Below are positions 29,976 through 39,800 of a DNA stretch of 64,000 nt, one piece after another. The DNA comes from Candidatus Latescibacterota bacterium (GTDB taxonomy: Bacteria; Latescibacterota; UBA2968), in NCBI GenBank assembly GCA_965204745.1, contig OZ242010.1, positions 5,088,001-5,152,000 of the forward strand, written 5' to 3'. A program made the translations under genes and the position numbers. Position 1 is the first letter of the stretch; every line of letters starts with the position of its first letter. The notes under the pieces were generated by a model that searched no databases, was not told the DNA's origin, and worked only from the letters and a program-made list of their open reading frames with translations.

Positions 29976-30938
29976 ATGTCCGATTGGAAAACCCGCGCGT
30001 GGGATGGTAGCCCGATTCGCTATCCGGATCCCGCCATTGAAATACGGGATAAACGCTTTGAAAAATACGCCATTGGCAACGCCGCTGTCGAGCGGCTCTG
30101 CACGGGCCTGCGCTGGGGCGAAGGGCCTGTGTGGTTTGGCGATGCGCGTTGCGTGTTCTTCAGCGACATTCCCAACAATCGCATCATGCGCTGGCGCGAA
30201 AGCGACGGTCGCATCGATGTTTTTCGCGCCCCCTCCAATTACACCAATGGACACACCCGCGACCGCTCGGGCCGCCTCGTTTCCTGCGAACACGGCACGC
30301 GCCGCATCACGCGCACGGAATACGACGGGTCTCTCACCGTTCTCATCGACCGGTTTGAGGGCAAACCGCTCAACGCGCCCAATGACGTCGTCGCGCATTC
30401 CGATGGCAGTATCTGGTTCACGGATCCGGGCTACGGCATCATGCTCGATTACGAAGGCCACATCGCCGAATGCGAATTGCCCACCCGCGTCTATCGCCTC
30501 GATCCCAGCACTGGAAACGCCACGGTTGTCGCGGACGATCTCGCGCGGCCCAATGGCTTGTGCTTCTCGCCCGATGAAAAAATTCTCTACATCACCGATA
30601 CGGGCGCGTCTCACGGCATGGAGGGCCCGGCGCACATTCGCGCATTTGACGTGGAAAACACCCGCCTCAAAACCAGCCGCGTTTTCGCGGATATGAAGCC
30701 CGGATTTGCCGATGGCATTCGCTGCGACCTCGACGGCAATTTGTGGAGCAGTTCCGGCTGGGGCAAGCCCGAAGACGATGGGGTCAAAATTTTCGCGCCC
30801 AATGGCGATCTCATCGGAAAAATCCACCTGCCCGAACCCTGCTCCAACCTCTGCTTTGGCGGCCAAAAGAAAAACCGCCTGTTCATGACCGGCGGCATGT
30901 GTTTGTACGCGGTGTACGTGGAAGCCAAAGGCGTTTAG
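29976..30938 (+). CDS. SMP-30/gluconolactonase family protein
   Basis: WGEGPVW, FSDIPNNRI, LNAPND, PNGLCFSPDE, ADGIRCD..GNLW. Confidence 0.95.
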   Translation: MSDWKTRAWDGSPIRYPDPAIEIRDKRFEKYAIGNAAVERLCTGLRWGEGPVWFGDARCVFFSDIPNNRIMRWRESDGRIDVFRAPSNYTNGHTRDRSGRLVSCEHGTRRITRTEYDGSLTVLIDRFEGKPLNAPNDVVAHSDGSIWFTDPGYGIMLDYEGHIAECELPTRVYRLDPSTGNATVVADDLARPNGLCFSPDEKILYITDTGASHGMEGPAHIRAFDVENTRLKTSRVFADMKPGFADGIRCDLDGNLWSSSGWGKPEDDGVKIFAPNGDLIGKIHLPEPCSNLCFGGQKKNRLFMTGGMCLYAVYVEAKGV

Positions 30939-30950
30939 AAGGTGAGATTC

Positions 30951-31037
30951 AGTTGTCAGTTGTCAGTGGTCAGTGGTCAGTCCCCGCCCTTCCAGCCCAA
31001 GGCCATGTATGTGCTGATCGCTCGTTTTGCTGACCGC
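30951..31037 (+). repeat. Heptamer array plus left copy of a ~70-bp direct repeat
   Basis: (AGTTGTC)2(AGTGGTC)2AGTCCCCGCCCTTCCAGCCCAAGG...; matches 34515-34587 with 4 mismatches. Confidence 0.9.
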
Positions 31038-31137
31038 CGAAATGCTGCTGGCGCGATTGGTTGAAGAAGAGATCGACTTGGACGAAGTGGCGCGCTTGCG
31101 CGAAAAACTCAAACGACATAAAGGGGGTTTGTCATGA
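31036..31137 (+). pseudogene. C-terminal remnant of BlaI/MecI/CopY repressor
   Basis: AEMLLARLVEEEIDLDEVARLREKLKRHKGGLS*, stop overlaps next ATG (ATGA); wHTH half absent. Confidence 0.6.
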
Positions 31138-34100
31138 TCCAAACGCTGATCGATGCACTGCAACCCGGCGCCGCGTTTTTGATCGACGCCACGCTTAAAA
31201 CCACCGCGTTTCTCGGACTCGTCTCGTTCATCGCGTGGCTGTTGGACACGCGGCAATTCGCAAAGCGTAGCCTGCTCTTGGGTTGGGGCGTTGTCGGCAT
31301 GCTGATCATTCCGGTCGCGTCTTTGTTCCTGCCCTCTCTGCAACTGGATTCGCCCGCGCCGCACGCCGCCGATTCGGTCGTCGCGCGCCGAGTGTCTCCC
31401 GTGCAAGAGAATGTGACGCAACGAGTATTCGCCCCCCCGATTCCCGAATCGGCTTACGGCTTTGTCGGCCCATCTCCGGTTGCCGGGTCGATGGCGATTG
31501 GCAGTTTGACCACGGGCGAGGGCCAACCGCCGCAAGCCCCCATCGCGGTCGAAGGCGGCGTTGCAGTGACGGATACCAGCGGCATCGCGCGGCGCGAACT
31601 GCCGATGAAAATGCGCGATGGTCGCCTGTGGTGGCGCGGCAGAACCGGGCTGTACTTGCAAGATGGCGACTCATGGCAAAAATTCACCTTGCCAGAGGGC
31701 GGGTCATTCGACGCGTTGCTTGACTTCATGCAGGCGCGGGATGGCTCGATGTGGTTTGTAGGCAGGTACAAAAATCGCCCGGTGGTCGCGCATTTCACCG
31801 GCGAGACCTGGCGCTTGTGGGACAGCACAAACGGTTTGGGCGAAGGCAATATCGGATCCAACATCGCCGAAGATCGAGATGGCGGCATCTATATTCGCAA
31901 GGTGAATGACAGCATCACAGCCCCCGGAGGCCATGACCGCGTTGCAGGTGGCAAAGGCGTTTTGCACTTTGACGGCAAAACATGGCACAACTACACGGTG
32001 GCAGATGGGTTGATCCACAACCGGGTGTACGACATCGAACCCGATCCCGATGGCGGCGTGTGGATTGCGACCTTGCGCGGGTTGAGCCATTACAAAAATG
32101 GCAAGTGGACTTCGCACCTCGTCGATGGGGTGCCGGTTGCGGGCGTGCGAAATGCCAATGTGCATGAAGGCCGCAAGACCTACGACCTGTTCTACGACAA
32201 AGACGGCGCGCTTTGGGCCGTGCATGGGGCGGTCATCGGGCGCACCATCACGCGGGCCATGGGGGGGATTTCCCGTTTCGACGGCCGGACCTACACGCAC
32301 GACGGCGCCCCGGTTTGGACGCACCACAACGCACATCGGGGATTGCCCATCTTTGCGTTTCGAGACGTGAATCAAACGGCCAACGGGGATTTGTGGTTCG
32401 GCACGCATCGAGACGATCACACCCGAGTCGAAGCCCGCGGCTTGGTGCGGTACAGGGACGGCAAGTGGTTGCGCTTCACGCGCAGGCACGGCTTGCACGG
32501 GGATTTTGTCTGCGTCTGCGGCATGGTCGAAAAAGGGGATGGATCATTTTACGCGCGTTTTTCCGGCTCTGACGAGGTCTTGTACCGCCCCCCCACGGAC
32601 AGCTTGGCCTCTATTTCTGGGCAGGTGATCGGGCAAATCGCGCCGAGCCTGGGAATATGGGTCGCGTACGACGATGGCGAGGTACACGCCGGAACCACGA
32701 CAGATGAAGCGGGGAACTACCGCGTCGACGTCACGCCGGGGTCGTACCGCGTGCGAATCGCCTCCATAAATGCCGCTGACCCCGTGCCCGTTGAGGCCAA
32801 ACCCGGCGCGCGCATCAACGGCATCGACCTTCGGTTGCAAAAATCGCGTCGCATCTCTGGGCGCGTCCTCGATTCATTCAAAAATCCGATTCCCAATGCG
32901 GTGGTGGTGATTTCCGACAACGCAAACGACAAACGCCTCTCGCCCCAAATCGCGGTTACAGATGCCCAGGGGAGATATGGGGGTTGGCGGGGCGAGGGAT
33001 CGCCGGTCTCTTTCACGTATGCTGCAAAAGGGTATGCACAGGCGGGCCGCGAGATAGAAACAGACAGCGTCGAAATGCCGAATGCCACGCGATACACGTT
33101 GCCCCTAAAAAAGGGAAAGACCCTGCGCGGGCGCGTTGTCGATGGAGAAGGCGAGCCGATTCCGTGGGTGCGCGTTGGCCTGGGGCCCGAAGTCGATTCC
33201 GAGGAGAAAGTCATGCCCTTTCAGCGCAACGCGTACACGGACGAGGCGGGTTTGTTCGCGTTGGATGACGTGGATGAAACGGGCGGCCTCCTTTGGATGA
33301 ACCATCCGACTATCGGCGTCGTCAGTCAAAACGCCGTGCCTGCGGATAGCGTGGTTGACCTCCGCGTGATGCGCGTGCGGTATTATTCGGTTTCGGGCGT
33401 GGTGTCGCTACACGGGGGGGCCGCGAAAAACTTTGCCGTTATGGCCTTGCCGCGCAAACGCTCAAGTGAGCCGCTGTCCGTGCGTCCCCAAACGACAGAT
33501 GCGGATGGCGCGTATCGCTTGGACGATCTGAAACCGGGAGACTATCGGATTTCCCTAAGCACGTCTATGAAAATGGAAGTGGATGGACGCAAGCACGAGA
33601 TCTATCACCAAATTCGCTATCGGCATGTGGCGATTGAAGACCGCGACCTAACGCTGAACTTTGAACCCTTGGGCGATGCGCGGCTCACCGGCGTTGCAAC
33701 GCACGACGGACAGCCGGTTCCGGGCGTGCTCGTCCTCGCCAGCGTATTGGATTCCCTCGATGCCGATGCCCCCCAAAATGCTTTGGCGAATGGCACGATG
33801 ACGGACAAAGAGGGCTTTTTTGACTTGCGCGACCTGCCCAATGCGCGCATCCGCATTTCCTTTTCCAAACGCCCACTGCACAGCGCCGGTTCTTCTGGCA
33901 AAAAACGCTATGCCAAGTCCGATACGCTCGACCTAACGGATCAGCGGGCATTGAGTTATTTCGCGGATTTGGCGGCGGAGGAACGCGCATCTTTGCGCGT
34001 GGGGGATATGGCGCCCGATATCGAGGCCAAACGCCTTGACGGCTCGACATTTCGCCTCGCGGATTACCGGGGCAAAAAAGCCGTCCTAATCGACTTTTGG

Positions 34101-34433
34101 GCGACGTGGTGCGGCCCGTGCATTGACGAACTCCCCACTATCGAGAAAATCGCCGAGACGTACCGCGATCAGGGGTTGGAAGTCGTAGGCGTCAGTTTTG
34201 ACCGGGATCGGCAGACATTGCAAAATTTCGTGGCAAAGGAACAGTTGCCCTACATCCAAGTGTTCGACAAAGACGAGGAGCAAACCCTCAGAAAATCTTA
34301 TGGCGTGTGGGGGATTCCGTCTGTATTTTTGATCGACAAAGAGGGGGCCATCCACGCGCTCGGCCTCCGCGGCTCTCGCATCGAAACAGCGGTCCAAGCA
34401 TTGCTGAAAGCAACTGAAAGGCAAAAAAGGTGA
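31134..34433 (+). CDS. Multidomain membrane-anchored protein: M56/BlaR1-like N-terminal TMs, regulator-propeller repeats, carboxypeptidase-regulatory-like domains, C-terminal TlpA thioredoxin
   Basis: Two N-terminal TMs; DG..W / YT..DGL..N.V repeats; ISGRVLD...PI.NA and TD..G.Y repeats; DFWATWCGPC, WGIP. Confidence 0.85.
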   Translation: MIQTLIDALQPGAAFLIDATLKTTAFLGLVSFIAWLLDTRQFAKRSLLLGWGVVGMLIIPVASLFLPSLQLDSPAPHAADSVVARRVSPVQENVTQRVFAPPIPESAYGFVGPSPVAGSMAIGSLTTGEGQPPQAPIAVEGGVAVTDTSGIARRELPMKMRDGRLWWRGRTGLYLQDGDSWQKFTLPEGGSFDALLDFMQARDGSMWFVGRYKNRPVVAHFTGETWRLWDSTNGLGEGNIGSNIAEDRDGGIYIRKVNDSITAPGGHDRVAGGKGVLHFDGKTWHNYTVADGLIHNRVYDIEPDPDGGVWIATLRGLSHYKNGKWTSHLVDGVPVAGVRNANVHEGRKTYDLFYDKDGALWAVHGAVIGRTITRAMGGISRFDGRTYTHDGAPVWTHHNAHRGLPIFAFRDVNQTANGDLWFGTHRDDHTRVEARGLVRYRDGKWLRFTRRHGLHGDFVCVCGMVEKGDGSFYARFSGSDEVLYRPPTDSLASISGQVIGQIAPSLGIWVAYDDGEVHAGTTTDEAGNYRVDVTPGSYRVRIASINAADPVPVEAKPGARINGIDLRLQKSRRISGRVLDSFKNPIPNAVVVISDNANDKRLSPQIAVTDAQGRYGGWRGEGSPVSFTYAAKGYAQAGREIETDSVEMPNATRYTLPLKKGKTLRGRVVDGEGEPIPWVRVGLGPEVDSEEKVMPFQRNAYTDEAGLFALDDVDETGGLLWMNHPTIGVVSQNAVPADSVVDLRVMRVRYYSVSGVVSLHGGAAKNFAVMALPRKRSSEPLSVRPQTTDADGAYRLDDLKPGDYRISLSTSMKMEVDGRKHEIYHQIRYRHVAIEDRDLTLNFEPLGDARLTGVATHDGQPVPGVLVLASVLDSLDADAPQNALANGTMTDKEGFFDLRDLPNARIRISFSKRPLHSAGSSGKKRYAKSDTLDLTDQRALSYFADLAAEERASLRVGDMAPDIEAKRLDGSTFRLADYRGKKAVLIDFWATWCGPCIDELPTIEKIAETYRDQGLEVVGVSFDRDRQTLQNFVAKEQLPYIQVFDKDEEQTLRKSYGVWGIPSVFLIDKEGAIHALGLRGSRIETAVQALLKATERQKR

Positions 34434-34479
34434 GACGTGAGAAGGGAGAGGGGAGAGGGCAACCGTGTTATCCCGTTCA

Positions 34480-34587
34480 AGTGGTCAGTGGTCAGTGGTC
34501 AGTGGTCAGTGGTCAGTGGTCAGTGGTCAGTCCCCACCCTTCCACCCCAAGGCAATGTATGTGCTGATCGCTCGTTTTGCTGATCGC
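34480..34587 (+). repeat. (AGTGGTC)x7 array plus right copy of the ~70-bp direct repeat
   Basis: 7 perfect units at 34480-34528, then AGTCCCCACCCTTCCACCCCAAGG... Confidence 0.95.
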
Positions 34588-34705
34588 TAAAATACGAGAC
34601 GGGAGATGGAAGTTTAGTCACGAGCGGGGTATAGCTGGCGACAGCGCGTTCAAAGGTGAGCAGTGTGTAGGGGCGACGCCCCGTGCTCACCCAAAGAGGC
34701 GAGAT

Positions 34706-34987
34706 ATGCACTGGTCTGAGATATGCAGAAATCATCCGAATAAATGGCTGATTGTCGAGGCATTGGAAGCGCATACAACTCCTGATCATCGGCGTCAACT
34801 CGATCTGATAACGGTTGTTGAGGAATGCGCTGATGGCAAAGCGGCTATGAAACGCTATCGGCTTCTTCACCAGCGATATCCCGAACGGGAATTTTATTTT
34901 TTTCATACGAGTCGTGATTCACTTGATATTCAAGTGCGACACTGGTTGGGGGTTCGCGCTCTACATGAAACTGATACGAAAGTATGA
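34706..34987 (+). CDS. Small hypothetical protein (93 aa, DUF5678-like)
   Basis: M.W.EI...HPNKWLIVEAL...REFYFFHT; RBS GAGG. Confidence 0.7.
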   Translation: MHWSEICRNHPNKWLIVEALEAHTTPDHRRQLDLITVVEECADGKAAMKRYRLLHQRYPEREFYFFHTSRDSLDIQVRHWLGVRALHETDTKV

Positions 34988-35046
34988 TCTGCCATTTACA
35001 GATTGAGGTTCCGCTATCTGTCTAATTCCCGAGCGTTGTCAACACA

Positions 35047-35235
35047 ATGGACAGTCGAACGGTTTTGAGCATATTGCGTGCAGATGGCTGGGAAATTGTG
35101 CGTATTCGCGGATCGCATCACCAGCTAAAACACGGTGAAAAAGCCGGCACTGTCACAGTGCCGCATCCGAGACGCGATCTCACAACTGGCACATTGAGAA
35201 GGATAGAAAAGCAATCGGGAATACGATTGCGCTGA
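35047..35235 (+). CDS. hicA: HicA family toxin
   Basis: L..DGW...R.RGSHHQLKH...GTVTVPHP..DL..GTL..I.KQ.G. Confidence 0.93.
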   Translation: MDSRTVLSILRADGWEIVRIRGSHHQLKHGEKAGTVTVPHPRRDLTTGTLRRIEKQSGIRLR

Positions 35236-35242
35236 GGAGATT

Positions 35243-35536
35243 ATGATGTGGCGAACGTATCTAGGTTTGGTGGAGAAAGAACCCGCTAGCGATTACTGTG
35301 TCCATTTCCCCGATTTGCCCGGTTGCATCACGGCTGGGCGCACGCTCGAAGAGGCCAGGGAAATGGCCGCCGAGGCCCTTGCCCTCCACCTCGAGGGCCT
35401 CGCCGAAGATGGCGATGCGATCCCCTCGCCCAGTTCTGCTGACGCCATCCTCGCCCATCCCGACGCCGGCGATGCGATGGCACTGATCGTTGTCGAACCC
35501 CTGCCAGCGCGCATTGAGGTTCCGCTATTCGTATAG
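35243..35536 (+). CDS. hicB: HicB family antitoxin (short, no DNA-binding domain)
   Basis: Y.V.FPDLPGCITAG.TLEEA..MA.EAL...L.....DG..IP.PS. Confidence 0.93.
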   Translation: MMWRTYLGLVEKEPASDYCVHFPDLPGCITAGRTLEEAREMAAEALALHLEGLAEDGDAIPSPSSADAILAHPDAGDAMALIVVEPLPARIEVPLFV

Positions 35537-35607
35537 GCTCCCGATAGCCTCCGCACGGTTGTCGGGCGGTGTTGGTGTCCATCTTGTCGATTGATAATCC
35601 CTTAGCC

Positions 35608-36816
35608 ATGAATTACGCCATTGTTCTCGCCGCTGGATCCGGGACGCGGATGGGGACAGACATCCCAAAGCAATTTCTCGACCTTGCCGGGCGACCCGTA
35701 TTGGCGTGGACCCTGACCGCATTTGAACGCGCTGACCGCATTGATCGCGTCATACTCGTCGTGGGCCGCGAGCGTGTCGATGCCTGTCGAGAACAATTTG
35801 GCGGGCCGCGATTTCCCAAAGTCGTCGCTGTGGTGCCCGGCGGTGCAAAACGGCAGGATTCCGTGGCGTGCGGGTTGCGGGCCATTCCGGCAACCGCGGG
35901 TGTGGTTGCTGTTCACGATGGCGCACGGGCTTATGTGCGGCCCGAGGATATCAACGCCGCAGTCGTCGCAGCGGCTGACCGCGGCGCCGCGGTCTTGGGC
36001 ACGGCCGTCACGGACACGATCAAGCGCGTGCGCGGGGATCGAGTCGCAGAAACTTTGGATAGATCGACCTTACGCACGGTGCAGACGCCCCAAGCCTTTC
36101 GCCGCGCGATAATCTGCCGCGCCCATCGATCAGCGCGTGAATCGGGCTATGTGGGCACAGACGATGCGGCCTTAGTTGAGCGACTGGGCGAGGAGGTCGT
36201 CATCGTACCCGGACGACGAGACAACATCAAAATCACATCGCCCGGAGACCTCGACTTGGGAGTGCATATCTTGGAACAACGAGGCGACATAACACCCGCA
36301 TTGCGAATCGGCCAGGGCTATGACGCGCATCAACTCGGGGCCGGCCGGCCCCTGATCTTGGGCGGCGTGCATATCCCGCACGAGAAAGGGTTGCTCGGGC
36401 ACTCGGACGCCGATGTGCTCATCCACGTCGTCATAGACGCTGTGCTCGGCGCGCTGGGCGCAGGCGATATCGGACAGGTCTTTCCCGACACAGACCCCGC
36501 GTACAAAGACATTTCGAGTCTCATCCTGCTCGCACGGGTGGGCGACCTCCTCAAAAAATCGCAGGCGCGGCTGATCAACGTAGATGCCACCGTCATCGCG
36601 CAACGCCCAAAACTGGCCCCGCACATTTCACGCATGCGCGAAACCATGGCGCGGGCATTGGACATCTCGATCCAGCGCATCTCAGTCAAAGCGACCACCA
36701 CCGAACACATGGGCTTCATCGGCCGCGAAGAAGGTATGGCAGCGCAGGCAGTGGCTCTGGTGAAAATCAGTAGTCAGTGGTCAGTAGTCAGTAGTCAGTC
36801 CCCGCACCGCCCCTGA
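35608..36816 (+). CDS. ispDF: Bifunctional IspD/IspF
   Basis: LAAGSGTRM...PKQF, VHDGAR, QTPQAF, TDDA; RIGQGYDAH, GHSDADV, KATTTE..GF.GREEG. Confidence 0.96.
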   Translation: MNYAIVLAAGSGTRMGTDIPKQFLDLAGRPVLAWTLTAFERADRIDRVILVVGRERVDACREQFGGPRFPKVVAVVPGGAKRQDSVACGLRAIPATAGVVAVHDGARAYVRPEDINAAVVAAADRGAAVLGTAVTDTIKRVRGDRVAETLDRSTLRTVQTPQAFRRAIICRAHRSARESGYVGTDDAALVERLGEEVVIVPGRRDNIKITSPGDLDLGVHILEQRGDITPALRIGQGYDAHQLGAGRPLILGGVHIPHEKGLLGHSDADVLIHVVIDAVLGALGAGDIGQVFPDTDPAYKDISSLILLARVGDLLKKSQARLINVDATVIAQRPKLAPHISRMRETMARALDISIQRISVKATTTEHMGFIGREEGMAAQAVALVKISSQWSVVSSQSPHRP

Positions 36817-36866
36817 AACCAGTAGTCAGTAGTCAGTGGTCAGTGGGCAGTAGTCAGTCCCCGCAA
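36769..36866 (+). repeat. Two AGTRGTC heptamer arrays, each ending in AGTCCCCGCA
   Basis: 4 units at 36769-36796 and 5 units at 36821-36855. Confidence 0.92.
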
Positions 36867-36884
36867 CCGTTAAGGAGGTGTCCC

Positions 36885-38642
36885 TTGGAAAACGGACAAA
36901 AAACGATCAGTGATTTGTTTGATGGCAGAACGATTTTTCATATCCCGCAGTATCAGCGGGCTTACGCTTGGGAAGAACCGCAACTCGAAGACTTTGTCGA
37001 TGATTTAGAAAATCAGAAACTCGACAAGGACTACTTTTTTGGGACCATTCTTTTTCAGAATAGGGGAAGATCGGGTAGTTTTGAGAACATTGACATCGTG
37101 GATGGACAACAGCGCATCACAACGCTTATCATTTTCATGAAACTCCTTCTCGACCGTCTTGAAGATCATGAAGATGTTGTCATTCTAAAAGAGACATATA
37201 TTCAGTATCACGGCAAATACAAACTCCGCGTTTTGCAGGACGATAACGATTTCTTCCAGTCCTACATCTTGCAGGATAACCCAACCTCCAAAGATAGCGT
37301 GCGAACGCCTTCTCAAGAGCGGTTGCTCAACGCGAAGCATTACCTCGAGCAACGGCTCGAAGAATATCCGCCTGAAACGTTGCGGGAGTTCAACGAGAAA
37401 ATTGAGCGCACGAAGGTCTTGACCTATTCGGTTGAAGATGCCGCTGAGGCAACGCTGATTTTTGAGACGACCAATGACCGAGGCAAATCACTGACCAATT
37501 TGGAGAAAACCAAGAGTTTTCTGATGTACAAAACTTACCTCGCTTCCGGCGATGACAATCTCGAGTCCGATCTCAATACTCTCCAAAGTCGATTTGGCGC
37601 AATCTATCGTGAATTTGAGACAATTAAAGATCGGGTAGGAGAAAATGAAAATCCGATTTTGCAGTACCACTTTATCGCTTTTGAAGATTGGGAGAAATCA
37701 CGGGGCAATCGTCAGTATTCACGGTACGTTCAGATGATAAAAAATAAAGTGAACAACCTCGTCATTGACAATGAGTTAGAGGCAAGGAAATTTATCGACA
37801 GGTACAGCCGAGAATTGCGGGAAAGTTTTGAGCAGATGAGGGAGTTGCTCCTGAATAGAGAACCACATCTCCTCGATATTTTTGCCCTCAATCGCCCAGG
37901 GGTGTTTTATCCCTTGCTTCTCAAAACCCATAAACTCGACGATTCGGATGGAAAACAGAATTTCAAACGGGTTGCGCGATTGGTCGAAATTATTTGTTTC
38001 CGCGTCTTCGGTATTCGGAGACGCCGTTCAAATACAGGACGTGAGGATATGTATAGACGTGCTCGGGACTTTAACGGAAATTTCGAGGGACTCATCAATG
38101 GTCTCAGGTGGTTTGTTGATTACCACTGCAATGATGACGAGTTTCGGGGCTATTTATTGTCACCCTACTTTTACAGAGAAGTAGGTCGCGATGATCAGCG
38201 ATATTTCTTTTGGAAATACGAGAATCATCTCAGGACGAACGAGCAACCAAAATTTTCTCCCATGTCCAATGATGAGTTTGTCAGCCGCGATCCGAGGACG
38301 AGATTTTCCATTGAGCATATCATCCCGCAGAACCCTCGAGAAAGCAAGGTTGTTGAGGCTGAATCAATCCGGCCAGAGATGACCGAACAGTTTCAAAAGG
38401 AGTCGCTCCACGCCATCGGGAATTTGACAATCGACCCTCAGTCTGCGAACAGCAGCAAAGGGAACCACCCCTTTGAGTACAAAGACCAAAATTATTTCCG
38501 CAAAGCTCCGCTCAAGACGCAAAACGAGTTGAGTGATTTTCTCAACCCGGAAACAAAGCGATGGGATAACGAGTCAATCTGTCGGAGAGGAGATGAGATT
38601 GTTCGATTCGCGCTGGACTATTGGGATCCTCACAAGGTGTAG
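36885..38642 (+). CDS. DUF262-DUF1524 protein (fused GmrSD-like type IV restriction enzyme)
   Basis: IPQYQRAYAW, DGQQRITT, IFETTNDRG; C-terminal IEHIIPQ...IGNLT....NSSKGN; TTG start after AAGGAGG. Confidence 0.92.
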   Translation: MENGQKTISDLFDGRTIFHIPQYQRAYAWEEPQLEDFVDDLENQKLDKDYFFGTILFQNRGRSGSFENIDIVDGQQRITTLIIFMKLLLDRLEDHEDVVILKETYIQYHGKYKLRVLQDDNDFFQSYILQDNPTSKDSVRTPSQERLLNAKHYLEQRLEEYPPETLREFNEKIERTKVLTYSVEDAAEATLIFETTNDRGKSLTNLEKTKSFLMYKTYLASGDDNLESDLNTLQSRFGAIYREFETIKDRVGENENPILQYHFIAFEDWEKSRGNRQYSRYVQMIKNKVNNLVIDNELEARKFIDRYSRELRESFEQMRELLLNREPHLLDIFALNRPGVFYPLLLKTHKLDDSDGKQNFKRVARLVEIICFRVFGIRRRRSNTGREDMYRRARDFNGNFEGLINGLRWFVDYHCNDDEFRGYLLSPYFYREVGRDDQRYFFWKYENHLRTNEQPKFSPMSNDEFVSRDPRTRFSIEHIIPQNPRESKVVEAESIRPEMTEQFQKESLHAIGNLTIDPQSANSSKGNHPFEYKDQNYFRKAPLKTQNELSDFLNPETKRWDNESICRRGDEIVRFALDYWDPHKV

Positions 38643-38726
38643 AACAGAACATTAGGACGCCGAACGCCATAAAACATGCACTGATACCAAATTGAATTGC
38701 TGTAGTGAGATTTAGGAGGTGTCACA

Positions 38727-39800
38727 ATGGCCCTAGAATTGGATGAGACGATTGTTGAGGATGTAGAAGACGATTCGGCTGAAGAAATCATACCCGAATA
38801 TTCGATAACGAGTTACGGGGCCGATTTCACAGTTGATAGTCTCGTTAGCCGACTTCAGCGGGATGATATTCTTATTCCGTCTTTCCAACGCGAGTTCGTG
38901 TGGGACGCGAAAATGGCGTCGAAATTTGTGGAGTCTTTGTTGCTCGGCCTGCCGGTGCCGGGTATATTCCTGTCAGAAGAAGAAGACACGAAAAGGTTAA
39001 TGGTTGTCGATGGGCAACAGCGATTGCAGAGTCTTCGTTATTTTTATGAAGAAAAATTTGTCGACGAAAGAAAGTTTGTTCTGACCGGCTTGGATTCCCG
39101 ATTCTCCAAGCAGACTTATGCTTCACTCGAATCCGCAGATCGCCGCACACTCGACAATTCCATCTTGCATGCGACCATCTTCCGCCAAGATAAGCCTTCG
39201 GATGACAATAGCAGCGTTTATCAGATCTTTGAGCGACTAAATACGGGCGGCAGGCAATTGTCTCCACAGGAAATTCGCGCGGCAATGTACTACGGCCCAT
39301 TTAATGATTTGTTGCAAAAGCTCAATGAGAATAGCACATGGCGCGAACTCTTCGGCAATGTTGACAAAAGAATGAAAGACCGTGAACTCATTCTCAGATT
39401 CTTGGCGATGTACTTCAATCGAAAAAATTACAAAAGTCCCTTGAAGCGATTCTTGAACGAGTACATGGGCCATAACAGGCATTTGAAAACACAGTCAGAA
39501 GGAGAAATTAGACGGGTTTTTGAAAACGCGATGGAAACCGCTTATACCCATTTAGGATCTCATGCCTTCAAATCGGATAACAACAGATTTACTGCGGCGG
39601 TTTTCGATTCTGTCGCCGTGGGCATCGCGCACAGATTGGAACGAGGCGATATTCAAAATGGTAAAGTGCTAAAGGCACAATACGAATCCCTAAAGAAAAA
39701 CGAGAATTACCGCGAAGTAATTTCCGGTGGCACGGCACATACAAAGATAGTCAATACGAGGCTCGGCTTAGCAATTGACGCATTTTCCAATGTCCCATGA
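38727..39800 (+). CDS. DUF262 (ParB/Srx-fold) protein
   Basis: PSFQREFVW, ESLLLGLPVP.IF, DGQQRL, IFERLNTGG. Confidence 0.92.
   Translation: MALELDETIVEDVEDDSAEEIIPEYSITSYGADFTVDSLVSRLQRDDILIPSFQREFVWDAKMASKFVESLLLGLPVPGIFLSEEEDTKRLMVVDGQQRLQSLRYFYEEKFVDERKFVLTGLDSRFSKQTYASLESADRRTLDNSILHATIFRQDKPSDDNSSVYQIFERLNTGGRQLSPQEIRAAMYYGPFNDLLQKLNENSTWRELFGNVDKRMKDRELILRFLAMYFNRKNYKSPLKRFLNEYMGHNRHLKTQSEGEIRRVFENAMETAYTHLGSHAFKSDNNRFTAAVFDSVAVGIAHRLERGDIQNGKVLKAQYESLKKNENYREVISGGTAHTKIVNTRLGLAIDAFSNVP

Noticed and set aside
33594-33608. HEIYH as the M56 zinc motif of the 1099-aa protein
   Set aside because: Lies in a soluble beta-sandwich repeat far from the TMs; likely chance
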